Source: Acidimicrobiia bacterium (GTDB taxonomy: Bacteria; Actinomycetota; Acidimicrobiia; Spongiisociales; ZC4RG35). From it: a stretch of 64,000 nt of DNA. Under the pieces are notes generated by a model, which was not told the origin of the DNA, did not search any database, and saw only the letters and a list, made by a program, of their open reading frames with translations. Below, in pieces: positions 1-9,252 of the stretch (the stretch's first letter is position 1; the number at the start of each line of letters is the position of its first letter). The position numbers were made by a program, and so were the translations under genes. The stretch is taken from assembly GCA_965215185.1 (NCBI GenBank), contig OZ244034.1, forward strand, positions 1,088,001-1,152,000. Direction: 5' to 3'.

Positions 1-1457
1 GATTCGATGTCTTGTCGGATTCCATACAAGGGTTCGAAGAGGGGATCTGTTTCGGGGATGGGTCGCAGGGCGCGGGTTCGGCGGGTGTGTCGTTTGGCTT
101 GGCGTTCTTGGGGGGTGCTGTTGTTTCGGATCCAGGTGATGGCTCCGATCATGTGTGGTGGCGCGACGGGGTGGTCGGGGATTTCCCATTGGGTGTAGAC
201 GATGTGTTTGCGGGTTCGTTTCCCGGGTTTTTTGATTTGGGTGCGGGTTCGTCGGAGGGGCTGGTAGTAGGGGTGTCCGGTTCCGTCGAAGACGAGGATG
301 GTGGGGGTGCCGTTGAGCGCGACGATGTTTTCTTCGAACTCGCCGTGTGCGGTTTTGAAGGTGCCGGGTCCCAGGTTGACTGCTGCGGTTTTGCCTTGGC
401 TGGTGCGGGGTGTTTTGCTTATTGGCAGGATGCCTTGGTCCATGAGACGGTCACAGTCGGCGGAGCGCATGGCCATGTCGTAGGTGACGGCGCGTATTCC
501 TTGGGTGAGGTGGGGAAAGTCTTTGCACATTTGGATGATCTTTTTGGTGAACAGGTTGGAGTCGGACTGTCCGGGTTGGTCGAGGATTTCCGCGAATAGA
601 GGGATGCGTTCCTGCCGGTGGGGTCCGCGTACCACGGCGGCTACAACACAGTAGCAGTAGCCTTTTTCTTCGCCGGGCATGGGACGAACGTCGGGGTCGC
701 AGCGATGCTTGGGTTTGTGGCCGGGCTTGCCGGGTGGTGGGTTCTTGAAGGCGGCGAGTGTAAAGGTGCCGTCACCGGCGACTATCTGGGTGGGATCGGG
801 ACGGCTGATGGAACCGGTGGTGGGGTCTAGCAGGTCTATGAATCGGGCGGCTTCCAGGGAGGCGCCGGTGGCTGCTTTTTGCAAACGGTTGATGACCCAC
901 GGATTCATGTAGGTTGTTCGAAAATAGTACTCGTTGTCACGGGTGGGCGGCTCTTCGGACAGTCTCCGGTTGGGATGGTCGGGCCACGCTTGTTCGGCGA
1001 CTTTTCTGAGCATGTTCCATTTTTTCTGTTCGGTGGGGAACTTCCAGTTGCGGTTGATGGTGTTCAGGTTCCTGTTCGTTGACCGTAACGAGCCGTAGAT
1101 GAAAACCGCCACTTGGAACAGGAGCCATTCGGCAGCGGTGTGCTTGCGGGGCCTGCCGCTTTTCCGGCGGTCTCCGAACACGGCCCGGATAGCGTTTTCT
1201 ATCAGTTCGCTTAGTTCCCATAGAAGCGAGTTGGACACTAGGGATGACAGGTTCTCGTCGTCTCCCCACCCGAGACCCTCCCCTTTGACGTTCCGTTCGC
1301 TGTTGCTTCCCGGAGTGTCGGACCTTTTCAATACCAGAGGTGTGTCTTCCCGTTCCTGGTAGGTGGGGTCTTCCCAAACCAAGTCGACCTGGTCTGCTCG
1401 TATCGGGTCCAGGTTGTCGTTGAACACCCGGGGACGGGCACCCTTTTTCTTACCCAC
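1..1457 (-). CDS. DDE transposase (IS4-superfamily-like), runs off the window start; not in the ORF track
   Basis: Manual translation gives an open frame from GTG 1457 (GGAGG upstream): MGKKKGARPR...SGRPRKH...VAGDGT...KGY...TYDMAM...LYGIRQDIES, i.e. D, D and a Y-x2-R-x3-E motif. Confidence 0.8.
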   Translation of the reverse strand, partial: MGKKKGARPRVFNDNLDPIRADQVDLVWEDPTYQEREDTPLVLKRSDTPGSNSERNVKGEGLGWGDDENLSSLVSNSLLWELSELIENAIRAVFGDRRKSGRPRKHTAAEWLLFQVAVFIYGSLRSTNRNLNTINRNWKFPTEQKKWNMLRKVAEQAWPDHPNRRLSEEPPTRDNEYYFRTTYMNPWVINRLQKAATGASLEAARFIDLLDPTTGSISRPDPTQIVAGDGTFTLAAFKNPPPGKPGHKPKHRCDPDVRPMPGEEKGYCYCVVAAVVRGPHRQERIPLFAEILDQPGQSDSNLFTKKIIQMCKDFPHLTQGIRAVTYDMAMRSADCDRLMDQGILPISKTPRTSQGKTAAVNLGPGTFKTAHGEFEENIVALNGTPTILVFDGTGHPYYQPLRRTRTQIKKPGKRTRKHIVYTQWEIPDHPVAPPHMIGAITWIRNNSTPQERQAKRHTRRTRALRPIPETDPLFEPLYGIRQDIE

Positions 1458-2371
1458 TCTGCCCCTCCATGAACACTTCAAGTCGTGCTTGCCCAACCTG
1501 TTTCCAGTCGTATCCCAATGCTTTGATCACGCTGGTCAGCGAGTCGGAACCGAGGAACCGGGCAGCGGCCTCCAACCCAAGACAGTCAAGAATCTGTTTG
1601 GCGGTATGGAGGCGAACTGACCGGGCCGAAACCTCCGGCCGTTCCCCTCAGCCCGGCGTCGCTGATCACTTCGCCCAGCCGGACAGTCACCGCGTGTCCT
1701 CTCCGATCCGTCTCGATCTGCTCGCTCACTGCTAACAGCCTCTTCTCGTCAATCAGCGGACGGATCTGCAGGAACTGGCGGATCGTTTGCTGTCCCCACT
1801 CGCACAAGGGGTTCCGCCGCCCGCCGATCCAAACTCGCCTGTTCGGAAGGTCAAGATCGCTCTTGCGGACCTTGGCTATCTCTGAGGATGTGCCCCCGGC
1901 AAACGCCAACGCAACGATCGTCGCCCGCCGGGAGAACAACTGTCCCCGGTCCGCGAAACCCCTCACCCGTTTGGCTTCTTCCTCGGTCAACGGTCGGGTG
2001 GTCAACGAATCGTGGCAACGAGGGATGCGCTCCCCGGCTAGGCGACGTCCATCGGCCACCAGCCCCAATGTTTCGGCGGCTTCGAACACCGCCATCGCCG
2101 CCCACTGACGGTTACGGGCCGTGGACACCGAAGGCCGAGCATGCTCGCCGCCCGGTGTTTGCCGAGCAGCCCAACACCATGACAACACCACCTCCGACGT
2201 GACGTCCCCCCATCGTCTTATCCCCGCTGTGCGCAGATAACGAAAGAGTCTTTCCGCTTCGCCTGTTAGCTTCGCTGCGGTGCGGACATTGGCACGGTAC
2301 CTTTCTGCTACCAGATCAATGACTCTGGTAATAGCGGGTTCAATGAGCAGAAGTACAGGGGTCACGGTCAT
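1450..2371 (-). pseudogene. Tyrosine-recombinase-fold protein with a frameshift near 1643 and degenerate catalytic residues
   Basis: RRATIVALAFAGGTSSEIAKVRKSDLDL resembles box I. After a +1 shift it reads EVSARSVRLHTAKQIL...AARFLGSDSLTSVIKALGYDW (box II-like), and the stop overlaps the transposase GTG. Confidence 0.65.
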
Positions 2372-2378
2372 TTCTGCC

Positions 2379-2672
2379 TTACAAGATCCCACAACGATTA
2401 CAAAAACCGTTTTTGGGAGGCCCGGTTGGCGATACCCACAAAAGGTGTTCTTTCACTCCCAATACCATATACGCGCGCGCGACGCTAAAAAGGGAACTGC
2501 GCGGCGGATCCTTTTCGGGGCTATGGGATCCTGCCAGCCCGGTGGGGCGCCATGGAACGACCTGCCGGCCCTTCTGCCGAGATGTTGGACACGTCGCCCC
2601 AGCACAACACCAATGTCGGCATTGCGGACAGATTCTCTTGCCGCGACGGAACCTGCTGCCGGGATCGGACAT
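2379..2672 (-). CDS. Small Cys-rich hypothetical protein
   Basis: CPQC...CC...C and CNRC motifs; the stop lies just upstream of the recombinase-like ATG. Confidence 0.3.
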   Translation of the reverse strand: MSDPGSRFRRGKRICPQCRHWCCAGATCPTSRQKGRQVVPWRPTGLAGSHSPEKDPPRSSLFSVARAYMVLGVKEHLLWVSPTGPPKNGFCNRCGIL

Positions 2673-3289
2673 GGCAGCACTGCGCATCTACCAAAGTCCA
2701 CACCTGTAACAATGATTTCACTATCTGCCACTCCCGCCACATAGCCGGCTCGTTGTAACACCAACATGAACCGCAGCACTATCGCTCCAAATACGGTGTT
2801 TCATAACTGATCATCCCCCCCATCATAAAACCCCCCTGTGACACTCTTCGAAGAGAGAACACGATCTACAAGAGGATCACACAAAACTTATCGATCACCG
2901 CACCTGTCGACCAAAAGACACCAAACACCCCGCCAATCACTAAGCGACAGCACCCTGACAACACCCGAACCAAGACACCCCGACCATCGCCCCACGCCTT
3001 CCCCAACCAACATCTGACAGGCCCCCGGACAACCCCTTCCTGAAGGCACTGCGCCAAACCTCTGCTACTAATGTCGACCGACCCACCCCCCGGATTAGCC
3101 GCAGGGCTCTGTTTTGGGGGTCGCGTGTGGTTTCGTTGGGGAAATCATCCGGTAGTTGGGGTGTGAGGTCGTTGGGTTCGCTACCGGTGTGTCCGTTCCG
3201 AGCGGCTTTTCGGCGTTGCTGTCCGAGCGTACAGATAGAAACGAGGGTGCCTCACGGCGGCCTGTCGCTTGGATGGTGGCTGGAGCTTT

Positions 3290-3587
3290 CACGTCCAGTT
3301 CGCCCAACTGGGCGTAGACACCGGCAAAGGCGGAGAGTGGCGTTCGAACGAGCCGCTCACCCGCCTGGAAATGGCCGAGTGGCTGACCAGCATGTTCGAC
3401 CACATCAGCGCTGTCGCCGCCCCGCAGAGCCTGTTCTCTGACATCGACCCGGCTCCGGTCGGTCGTGGAGGGCCTCTACCAAACCGGGGTGACCCGCGGA
3501 TGCTCGGCCACGCCTTTGTTGTACTGCCCGGACGCTCCGGTCCCCCGGGCGCAAATGGCGTCGTTCATCATCAGGGCCATCCAATAA
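3290..3587 (+). pseudogene. S-layer homology (SLH) domain fragment, frameshifted
   Basis: PLTRLEMAEWL...FSDI, then in a shifted frame GLYQTGVTRGCS...YCPDAPVPRAQMASFIIRA. Confidence 0.65.
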
Positions 3588-3656
3588 CCACGCCGCCGCA
3601 ACGTTCAAGAAATCGTTCTCGGCCGATCCGGAAAAGACCGGTACGATTCCCCCTAT

Positions 3657-4778
3657 ATGAAACCTCTCGATGCTTTGTCGCTGGTTCCCACCGTGGAGGA
3701 CTCCAGGCGGGTAGCGGACGCCCTGCCCGGCAGCGTGGTCCTTTTCGGCAGCGTTGCCCGCGGTGACGCCGATCACGACTCCGACATCGATCTGCTGGTG
3801 ATTGTCGATCACGTAGACCGCGACAACCCTTGGGAACATCACCGCTTGTTATGCGACTTGGCAGAAAAGGCCGAGTCGGTAGACGCCCGCGCCGAGTTAG
3901 TGGTGGTGGACTGGCCCGAGTGGATGTCCCGCCGGCAGGTACCGGGACGGGTCGAGCATGCTGCCGACACCCAGGGAACGTGGCTTCGCAGGCACAGTCC
4001 CGGCTCGGAAGTAAAATGGGAAAAACTGATGAACCCGAGAGATGTCGCCACCGCTTCGGTCATAGCAGCGTTGCGTAACGCCACGGTGCGTTTAGAAGGC
4101 GCCGGTTCCTCTATGGTTCCCCACAGAAAGGAAATCAGGCTGGCCAGCGCAGGGGAAGAAAATCTGTATTGGTCGGCATGGCAAAGCAGGCTTGCGCGCA
4201 TCAACGGCGACCTGCACGATGGGTTGGAAGAACTGTTCCGAGCCTTGCGGTTGCTGACGGGGGTTTCTTACAACAAACGGGCCAAACACACCCTAGTGGG
4301 GCCCTTCGACGAGTTTCCCGGTCCGGTACAGGATGCCCTAAGCCAACACTTGACCGTAACGGACATGCAGTGGATTCAAATATGGCACTCGGCTTCTTTT
4401 TACGAAAAAGGCGCCCGGCTTAGCGTCTCCCCTGAGACCACCCGCCAGTTGGGGTATGTCGCCTCGGACGTGGCAGCGTACATTCATAACGTCACGGGTG
4501 TGGCGGCGGGTTTGGCTGTCTATTGCTCATCCACTATAAAAATCAGCCAGGCTGTTATAGCGCTGATACAGGAGGAAGCCTCTAACGGCGACGGCCCAGT
4601 AAAAGCAACCGCTGATCTGGAAACCGTGTTGAAGGACCTGTGGATCACCGTAGATTGGTTGAGGGAAGAACTGGACACCTCGCTGTGGCTGTACCCAGAC
4701 GGAACGCCCCCCAACGGTTGGACACAGCCCACACCCGCCGAGCTTCAAGGCAGACTCCCTCCGTGGAGCGGCCACTAG
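3657..4778 (+). CDS. Nucleotidyltransferase (MNT) domain fused to a helical, possibly HEPN-like C-terminal domain
   Basis: VVLFGSVARGDADHDSDIDLLVIVD is the GS-x10-DxD Pol-beta-type NTase motif. Confidence 0.75.
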   Translation: MKPLDALSLVPTVEDSRRVADALPGSVVLFGSVARGDADHDSDIDLLVIVDHVDRDNPWEHHRLLCDLAEKAESVDARAELVVVDWPEWMSRRQVPGRVEHAADTQGTWLRRHSPGSEVKWEKLMNPRDVATASVIAALRNATVRLEGAGSSMVPHRKEIRLASAGEENLYWSAWQSRLARINGDLHDGLEELFRALRLLTGVSYNKRAKHTLVGPFDEFPGPVQDALSQHLTVTDMQWIQIWHSASFYEKGARLSVSPETTRQLGYVASDVAAYIHNVTGVAAGLAVYCSSTIKISQAVIALIQEEASNGDGPVKATADLETVLKDLWITVDWLREELDTSLWLYPDGTPPNGWTQPTPAELQGRLPPWSGH

Positions 4779-5267
4779 GAATAGCCATTGAGGGCGCAAC
4801 GCCTTGCGGGCGTTCTCGCTCCGCCGGGCGGAAAAACAGAGGCGGTCCCGATGTTTAGCGAGCCCGGTCGGCGGTTTCGTTGAGGGCATGCCCGAAGCGG
4901 TTCGCATATTCCGCTCTGCGTAGTTTGCGGGCAACCTGTCGGCAGGGGAGAGGATTAAGCCGCGCCAACCTTCACTCGGAGATTGTGAAGCTCTGGCAAC
5001 ACAGTGGGACGGGGCGGTTCGAAATGGCGCTCTAATGCCTCGCCGAGATTGTCAAGTGCCTCCCAGTCGGGGTTGGCGCGTTATGTGGCGCGAAACTGTT
5101 GCGGTTTCTATGTTTATGGTAGTTGGGAGGGGCAGTGAGGGGTGGGGTGTTGCGCGTGGCAGGAACACATGGCGGAGATCGGTGTCACCGAGGCCATCCA
5201 AAGAGCACTACCCGCAGCTCGGTTCGGTAAACACACCGAGGATTAGGTGCAGTTGCCGGGCCGAGAA

Positions 5268-5551
5268 CGGTTTCGAAATCCGGTACAACCAGTTTCAGAA
5301 TTGGACGAAAGTGGTTTCACCGCTCTGTTCGCCCGATGCTGTGACCTGGGGTTGTGGGGTTTCGCGCCAGCGCCACAAGGGCGGTGGTGGCGCGAAACTC
5401 GGCGCGAAACTGGATGGGTTTAGGGTTTATGGTAGTTGGAGTGGGGAGTGGGGGGTGGGTTGTTGTGCGGGTGAGGTTTGGTGGGGGTGGGGGTGAGGGT
5501 TTTGGGCGTGTGGGCCGCGGTGGTCTAGGGCGGGGGTGTCTTTTGGGGGGT
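5268..5551 (-). repeat. Conserved downstream end of the DDE element
   Basis: GTTTC at 5270, 5292 and 5314, then GATGCTGTGACCTGGGG and the GTTTCGCGCCA...TGGCGCGAAAC inverted repeat. Homologous blocks at 7513-7619 and 20706-20878; partial at 5068-5150 and 17975-18010. Confidence 0.75.
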
Positions 5552-6414
5552 TTAGGCGGCTTTTTCGAGGGGTCCGGCTCGAGCGTTGGGGAAGTGGTTG
5601 CCGTGCCAGCGGGTCATGTCTTTGCCGGTGCGTGCGTGGTGGGCGACTAGGGCAGTGTTGGTCTGGTACAGGCAGTAGGCGATCCAGTTGAGTTTGAGGC
5701 TGGTTTTGTCTTGGGTGCGGAGCCGGTCGTAGTCCAGTTGTCTTTTGTAGGTCGCGAAGTGCGATTCGATGTCTTGTCGGATTCCATACAAGGATTCGAA
5801 GAGGGGATCTGTTTCTGGTACGGGTCGCAGGGCGCGGGTTCAGCGGGTGTGGCGTTTGGCTTGGCGTTCTTGGGGGGTGCTGTTGTTTCGGATCCAGGTG
5901 ATGGCTCCGATCATGTGCTGTGGCACCACGGGATGGTCGGGTATCTCCCATTGGGTGTACACGATGTGCTTGCGGGTCCGTTTCCCGGGTTTTTTGATTT
6001 GGGTGCGGGTTCGTCGGAGGGGCTGGTAGTAGGGGTGTCCGGTTCCGTCGAAGACGAGGATGGTGGGGGTGCCGTTGAGCGCGACGATGTTTTCTTCGAA
6101 CTCGCCGTGTGCGGTTTTGAAGGTGCCGGGTCCCAGGTTGACTGCTGCGGTTTTGCCTTGGCTGGTGCGGGGTGTTTTGCTTATTGGCAGGATGCCTTGG
6201 TCCATGAGGCGGTCACAGTCGGCGGAGCGCATGGCCATGTCGTAGGTGACGGCGCGTATTCCTTGGGTGAGGTGGGGAAAGTCTTGGCGCATTTGGATGA
6301 TCTTTTGGGTGAACAGGTTGGCGTCGGACTGTCCGGGTTCGTCGAGGATTTCCGCGAAAAGAGGGATGCGTTCCTGCCGGTGGGGTCCGCGTACCACGGC
6401 GGCTACCACACAGT
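5552..6414 (-). pseudogene. DDE transposase copy 2, 5'-truncated, with an internal stop
   Basis: Near-identical to 1-650. CGA>TGA at 5840-5842; C-terminus YGIRQDIESHFATYKRQL...LEKAA. Confidence 0.85.
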
Positions 6415-6601
6415 TGTTGGCGATCATCGAAATTCCCCACTTCCTGGGGCTAATACCCGTTGTTGGGTAGGGCTCTCTCCAAGCTGCTGATTGAAGCAAA
6501 GTCGGCAGCTGTGGAGAGGAGCCCTGGCCCTTATGTTGGCATTGGAGGAATACGTGGAAGTTCATGCTTTGAGAAGGCGGGGATGGTCGATATCGGCTAT
6601 A
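6415..6601 (+). mobile_element. IS21-family left-end remnant with the istA N-terminus
   Basis: Starts TGTTGGCGATCATCGAAATTCCCCAC; ATG 6533 reads MLALEEYVEVHALRRRGWSISAI (IstA HTH). Confidence 0.65.
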
Positions 6602-6937
6602 GTGGCATAGCCGGAGGGTCGGTTTCGTAAGAAACCCCGACCCCCGGGTGTTCGTAGTAGGCGCGCAGATGGTTGGCGTCAGTGAAAAGCATCGGGCGCG
6701 GTCATGGCCGGTGAGGCTCAGCTGAAGATCCAGGGGCGGGCTTGTTTGTTGGAGAGGATGTCGTCGTTTGGTGATTTTGGACTCGATCTTGATGGCGAAC
6801 GGCGCGTCGGCTGCGGGGTTATAGAGTTCCTTGAAGTGGTCGTGGATCACATCAAGGTGCTGTCTCAGTTGAACCATCTGGGCGTCGCTCATGAGTAGCT
6901 CGCCGCGTCGCACTAGGTTGGAGAGCGAGAGTACCTC

Positions 6938-7156
6938 GTGCCGGTATATACTGATCGCTTTATGAGACCTGATCCAAACATCGCCTTGATCCTCTCAATC
7001 TTTTTGGGTGGACTGGGAATTGATCGCATGTACGTTGGCCAAATCGGGCTGGGTGTGCTGAAGCTCCTCACCGCTGGGGGGCTGGGCATCTGGTGGCTGG
7101 TCGATTTGTTCCTGATCCGCGGGATAGCCCGGAAAGCCCAGCAAGAAGGCACTTAG
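6938..7156 (+). CDS. TM2-domain membrane protein, copy 1
   Basis: ALILSIFLGGLGIDRMYVGQIGLGVLKLLTAGGLGIWWLVD is a TM2 signature. Confidence 0.8.
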   Translation: MPVYTDRFMRPDPNIALILSIFLGGLGIDRMYVGQIGLGVLKLLTAGGLGIWWLVDLFLIRGIARKAQQEGT

Positions 7157-7512
7157 CACCCTGAGCGAGGGTTAAGGTGCAGACCGTCCTTCCCTCGGGG
7201 GACATGTCAAGTGCCCGACCTCACCTAAAGGCCGTGGCTGTCCGGTAACCGCTATTCCCAAAGGCGGATAGCGAGGGAACCGAGAAGGTTTGTGGGGGAC
7301 TTTTCTGATCAGTTGTGGGGTAGTTGCTAACTGTCTAGGTTCCGTCATCGGTTCCTTCGCCGGTGGAGCCTGGTATTCGGAGTCTGATTACGGTGCATTA
7401 GTCGCTGCCCAGGCAGCCGGTTCCATCAGTTTCGATAACGAACTCAGGGCCGAACTGTCCGGCGCAACGATCCCCGACCGCAAGTGGATGAATCTCAAAA
7501 CGGGACCGGTAG

Positions 7513-7619
7513 CGGTTTCGGAATTGGCCAGAAGTGGTTTCAGAATTTGCTGAAAGTGGTTTCACCGGCCTGTTCGCGCGATGCTGTGACCTGGGGCGTT
7601 GTGGTTTCGCGCCAGCGCC
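7513..7619 (-). repeat. Isolated copy of the DDE-element end
   Basis: GTTTC at 7515, 7537 and 7559, followed by GATGCTGTGACCTGGGG...GTTTCGCGCCAGCGCC. Confidence 0.7.
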
Positions 7620-7841
7620 GACCCAACAGGGCCTCTCACACGATCACAGAATACGTGTCCGCCAAACCGGGGGAACTCCATTACCACTCCACCCTTTCAA
7701 ATAGGCGGTTCAACCGCAAGCTCCTTCTTTGCAGCCCAACCCTACGGTAGTTGATCCTTTCGGGGTGGTTCCGGTGCGTTGGTGGTGTGATGTGAGTGCG
7801 GTGGTCAATTACTGAGGTTCCCCTAAGTCTCTACCAAACCC

Positions 7842-7971
7842 ACTCATACTGATAGGGGTCCCTTGGCCGGGGCGGGTCTGACCCATACCAAACCTGGCTT
7901 TTGCCTTTGCCCGATCTGTCGGCCTGTTTCCGGCTGAGGGATTGTTCACCGACCCGTGGGCGGATGTGACC
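7842..7971 (+). ncRNA. Truncated IS110 left end / bridge RNA with the target-binding loop only (element C)
   Basis: Highly similar to the reverse complement of 10800-10932; interrupted by an IS3 inverted repeat at 7972. Confidence 0.8.
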
Positions 7972-8025
7972 TGAACCGTGCCGATGCTCCTAGGATGCTC
8001 CTATTTTTGTCAAATCGAGAGCATC

Positions 8026-9252
8026 CTAGATATTCGCAGGGTTTTGTTGGGTGAGCCATTGTTGGTATTGGGTGGCGAGGTGGTGGTTGTGGTATAGGCC
8101 TCGTTCGAGTTGGGAGATGCGGTTGGGGTGGGTTTGGAGGGCGGTGGCGGCGTGGGTGAGGGTGGTCTGTGTGTGGTGGCGTTGGGTGCGTAGGAGGGCG
8201 CCGTTGGGTGTTGGTGGTGGGTTGGTGAGCAGGTGGTAGATCTCTCGGGCGATGTGGCGTTTTAGGCAGCGGATGATCTCCCGGCGGGTTTTGCTCTCGG
8301 TTTGGCGGCGGTGGGTGTATTCGATGGTGGGTTGATGGCAGCGCATCCGGGTGGTGGCGATACGCCATAAGGCGTTGTTGGCTTGGCGGTCGCCGCCTCT
8401 GTTGAGCCGGTGGCGTATGGTCTGCCCGGAGGAGGCCTGGACGGGACTGGCGCCGCATAATGCTGCGAAAGACGCTTCGGTGGTCAGGCGTTTGGGGTTG
8501 TCTCCTGCTGTGACCAGCAAAGCGGCGGCCGTGTCAGGACCGACACCCGGGGCGGAGAGCAGCGCCGGGTTGGCTCGGGAACAAAGACGAGTGATCTCTT
8601 TGTCGAGTTCTTTGATCTCGGTGGTGAGCGCCTGGCAGCGGCGCGCCAGATAGCGCAGTGTTTTCTTGGCGACCGTGGTGGTGGTATCGGCTGTGCCGGG
8701 ACGAAACCCGGCACAGGCTCGGATCCGGGCTTTGGTCGACAGTCCCCGGAGTTGGTGTTTGACCTGCTCGGGAGCGGTGACCACTAGGGCGTGGAGTTGG
8801 TTGATGGCCTGGGTGCGGGCTTTGATTGCGGAACGGCGGACTACCCGCAACATCCTGATTCCCTCGACCAGTCCGTCGGCGGTTTTGGGTCGGGCGGTGG
8901 CTTCACCGTTGAGAGCGGCCCGCCCGGCGGCTTGGGCGTCGGTGGTGTCGGTTTTTCCCAGTCGGCGGCGCAGCTGACGGTTGGGACGGTTGACTTCTAC
9001 CACCTCGATACCGATCCCGGTGAGATAGCGGGTCAGGCCGGCGCCGTAGCTGCCGGTGCCTTCCACCCCAACCCGCACCACACGACCCTGGGATCTCAAC
9101 CAGCCGCCCAGTTCCTCAAAGCCGGTTGCATCGGCCGGGAACGGAGCGGTTCCCAGGACTCGACCGGCGGTGTCCACTGCCGCCGCGACATGACAATCGC
9201 GATGGGTGTCCACCCCGCCAAACACCTCGACCAGGCTCTCTTTTTGTGACAT
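8026..9252 (-). CDS. IS110-family DEDD recombinase with a C-terminal XRE-like HTH
   Basis: GGVDTH, GVEGTG, GKTDTTDA, QASSG, RGGDRQAN; tail LRTQR...TLTHAATALQTHPNRISQLERG. Confidence 0.95.
   Translation of the reverse strand: MSQKESLVEVFGGVDTHRDCHVAAAVDTAGRVLGTAPFPADATGFEELGGWLRSQGRVVRVGVEGTGSYGAGLTRYLTGIGIEVVEVNRPNRQLRRRLGKTDTTDAQAAGRAALNGEATARPKTADGLVEGIRMLRVVRRSAIKARTQAINQLHALVVTAPEQVKHQLRGLSTKARIRACAGFRPGTADTTTTVAKKTLRYLARRCQALTTEIKELDKEITRLCSRANPALLSAPGVGPDTAAALLVTAGDNPKRLTTEASFAALCGASPVQASSGQTIRHRLNRGGDRQANNALWRIATTRMRCHQPTIEYTHRRQTESKTRREIIRCLKRHIAREIYHLLTNPPPTPNGALLRTQRHHTQTTLTHAATALQTHPNRISQLERGLYHNHHLATQYQQWLTQQNPANI

Noticed and set aside
12-599. Plus-strand ORFs 12-599 and 5711-6490
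   Set aside because: Antisense shadows of the DDE transposase
3474-3490. CTCTACCAAACCGGGG as a target of IS110 C
   Set aside because: It matches the left guide but lies within SLH coding sequence (LYQTG) with a weak right-hand match; probably chance
4780-5060. Possible structured RNA or group II intron remnant
   Set aside because: No recognisable domain V or other family motif
5268-5420. 22-bp periodic repeats as a CRISPR array or integron attC sites
   Set aside because: Only a 5-bp core with three units, no unique spacers, no cas or intI gene, and no RYYYAAC/GTTRRRY pairing
5840-6913. 357-aa ORF as one gene
   Set aside because: Chimeric read-through across an unknown fragment, the antisense IS21 scrap and the truncated transposase
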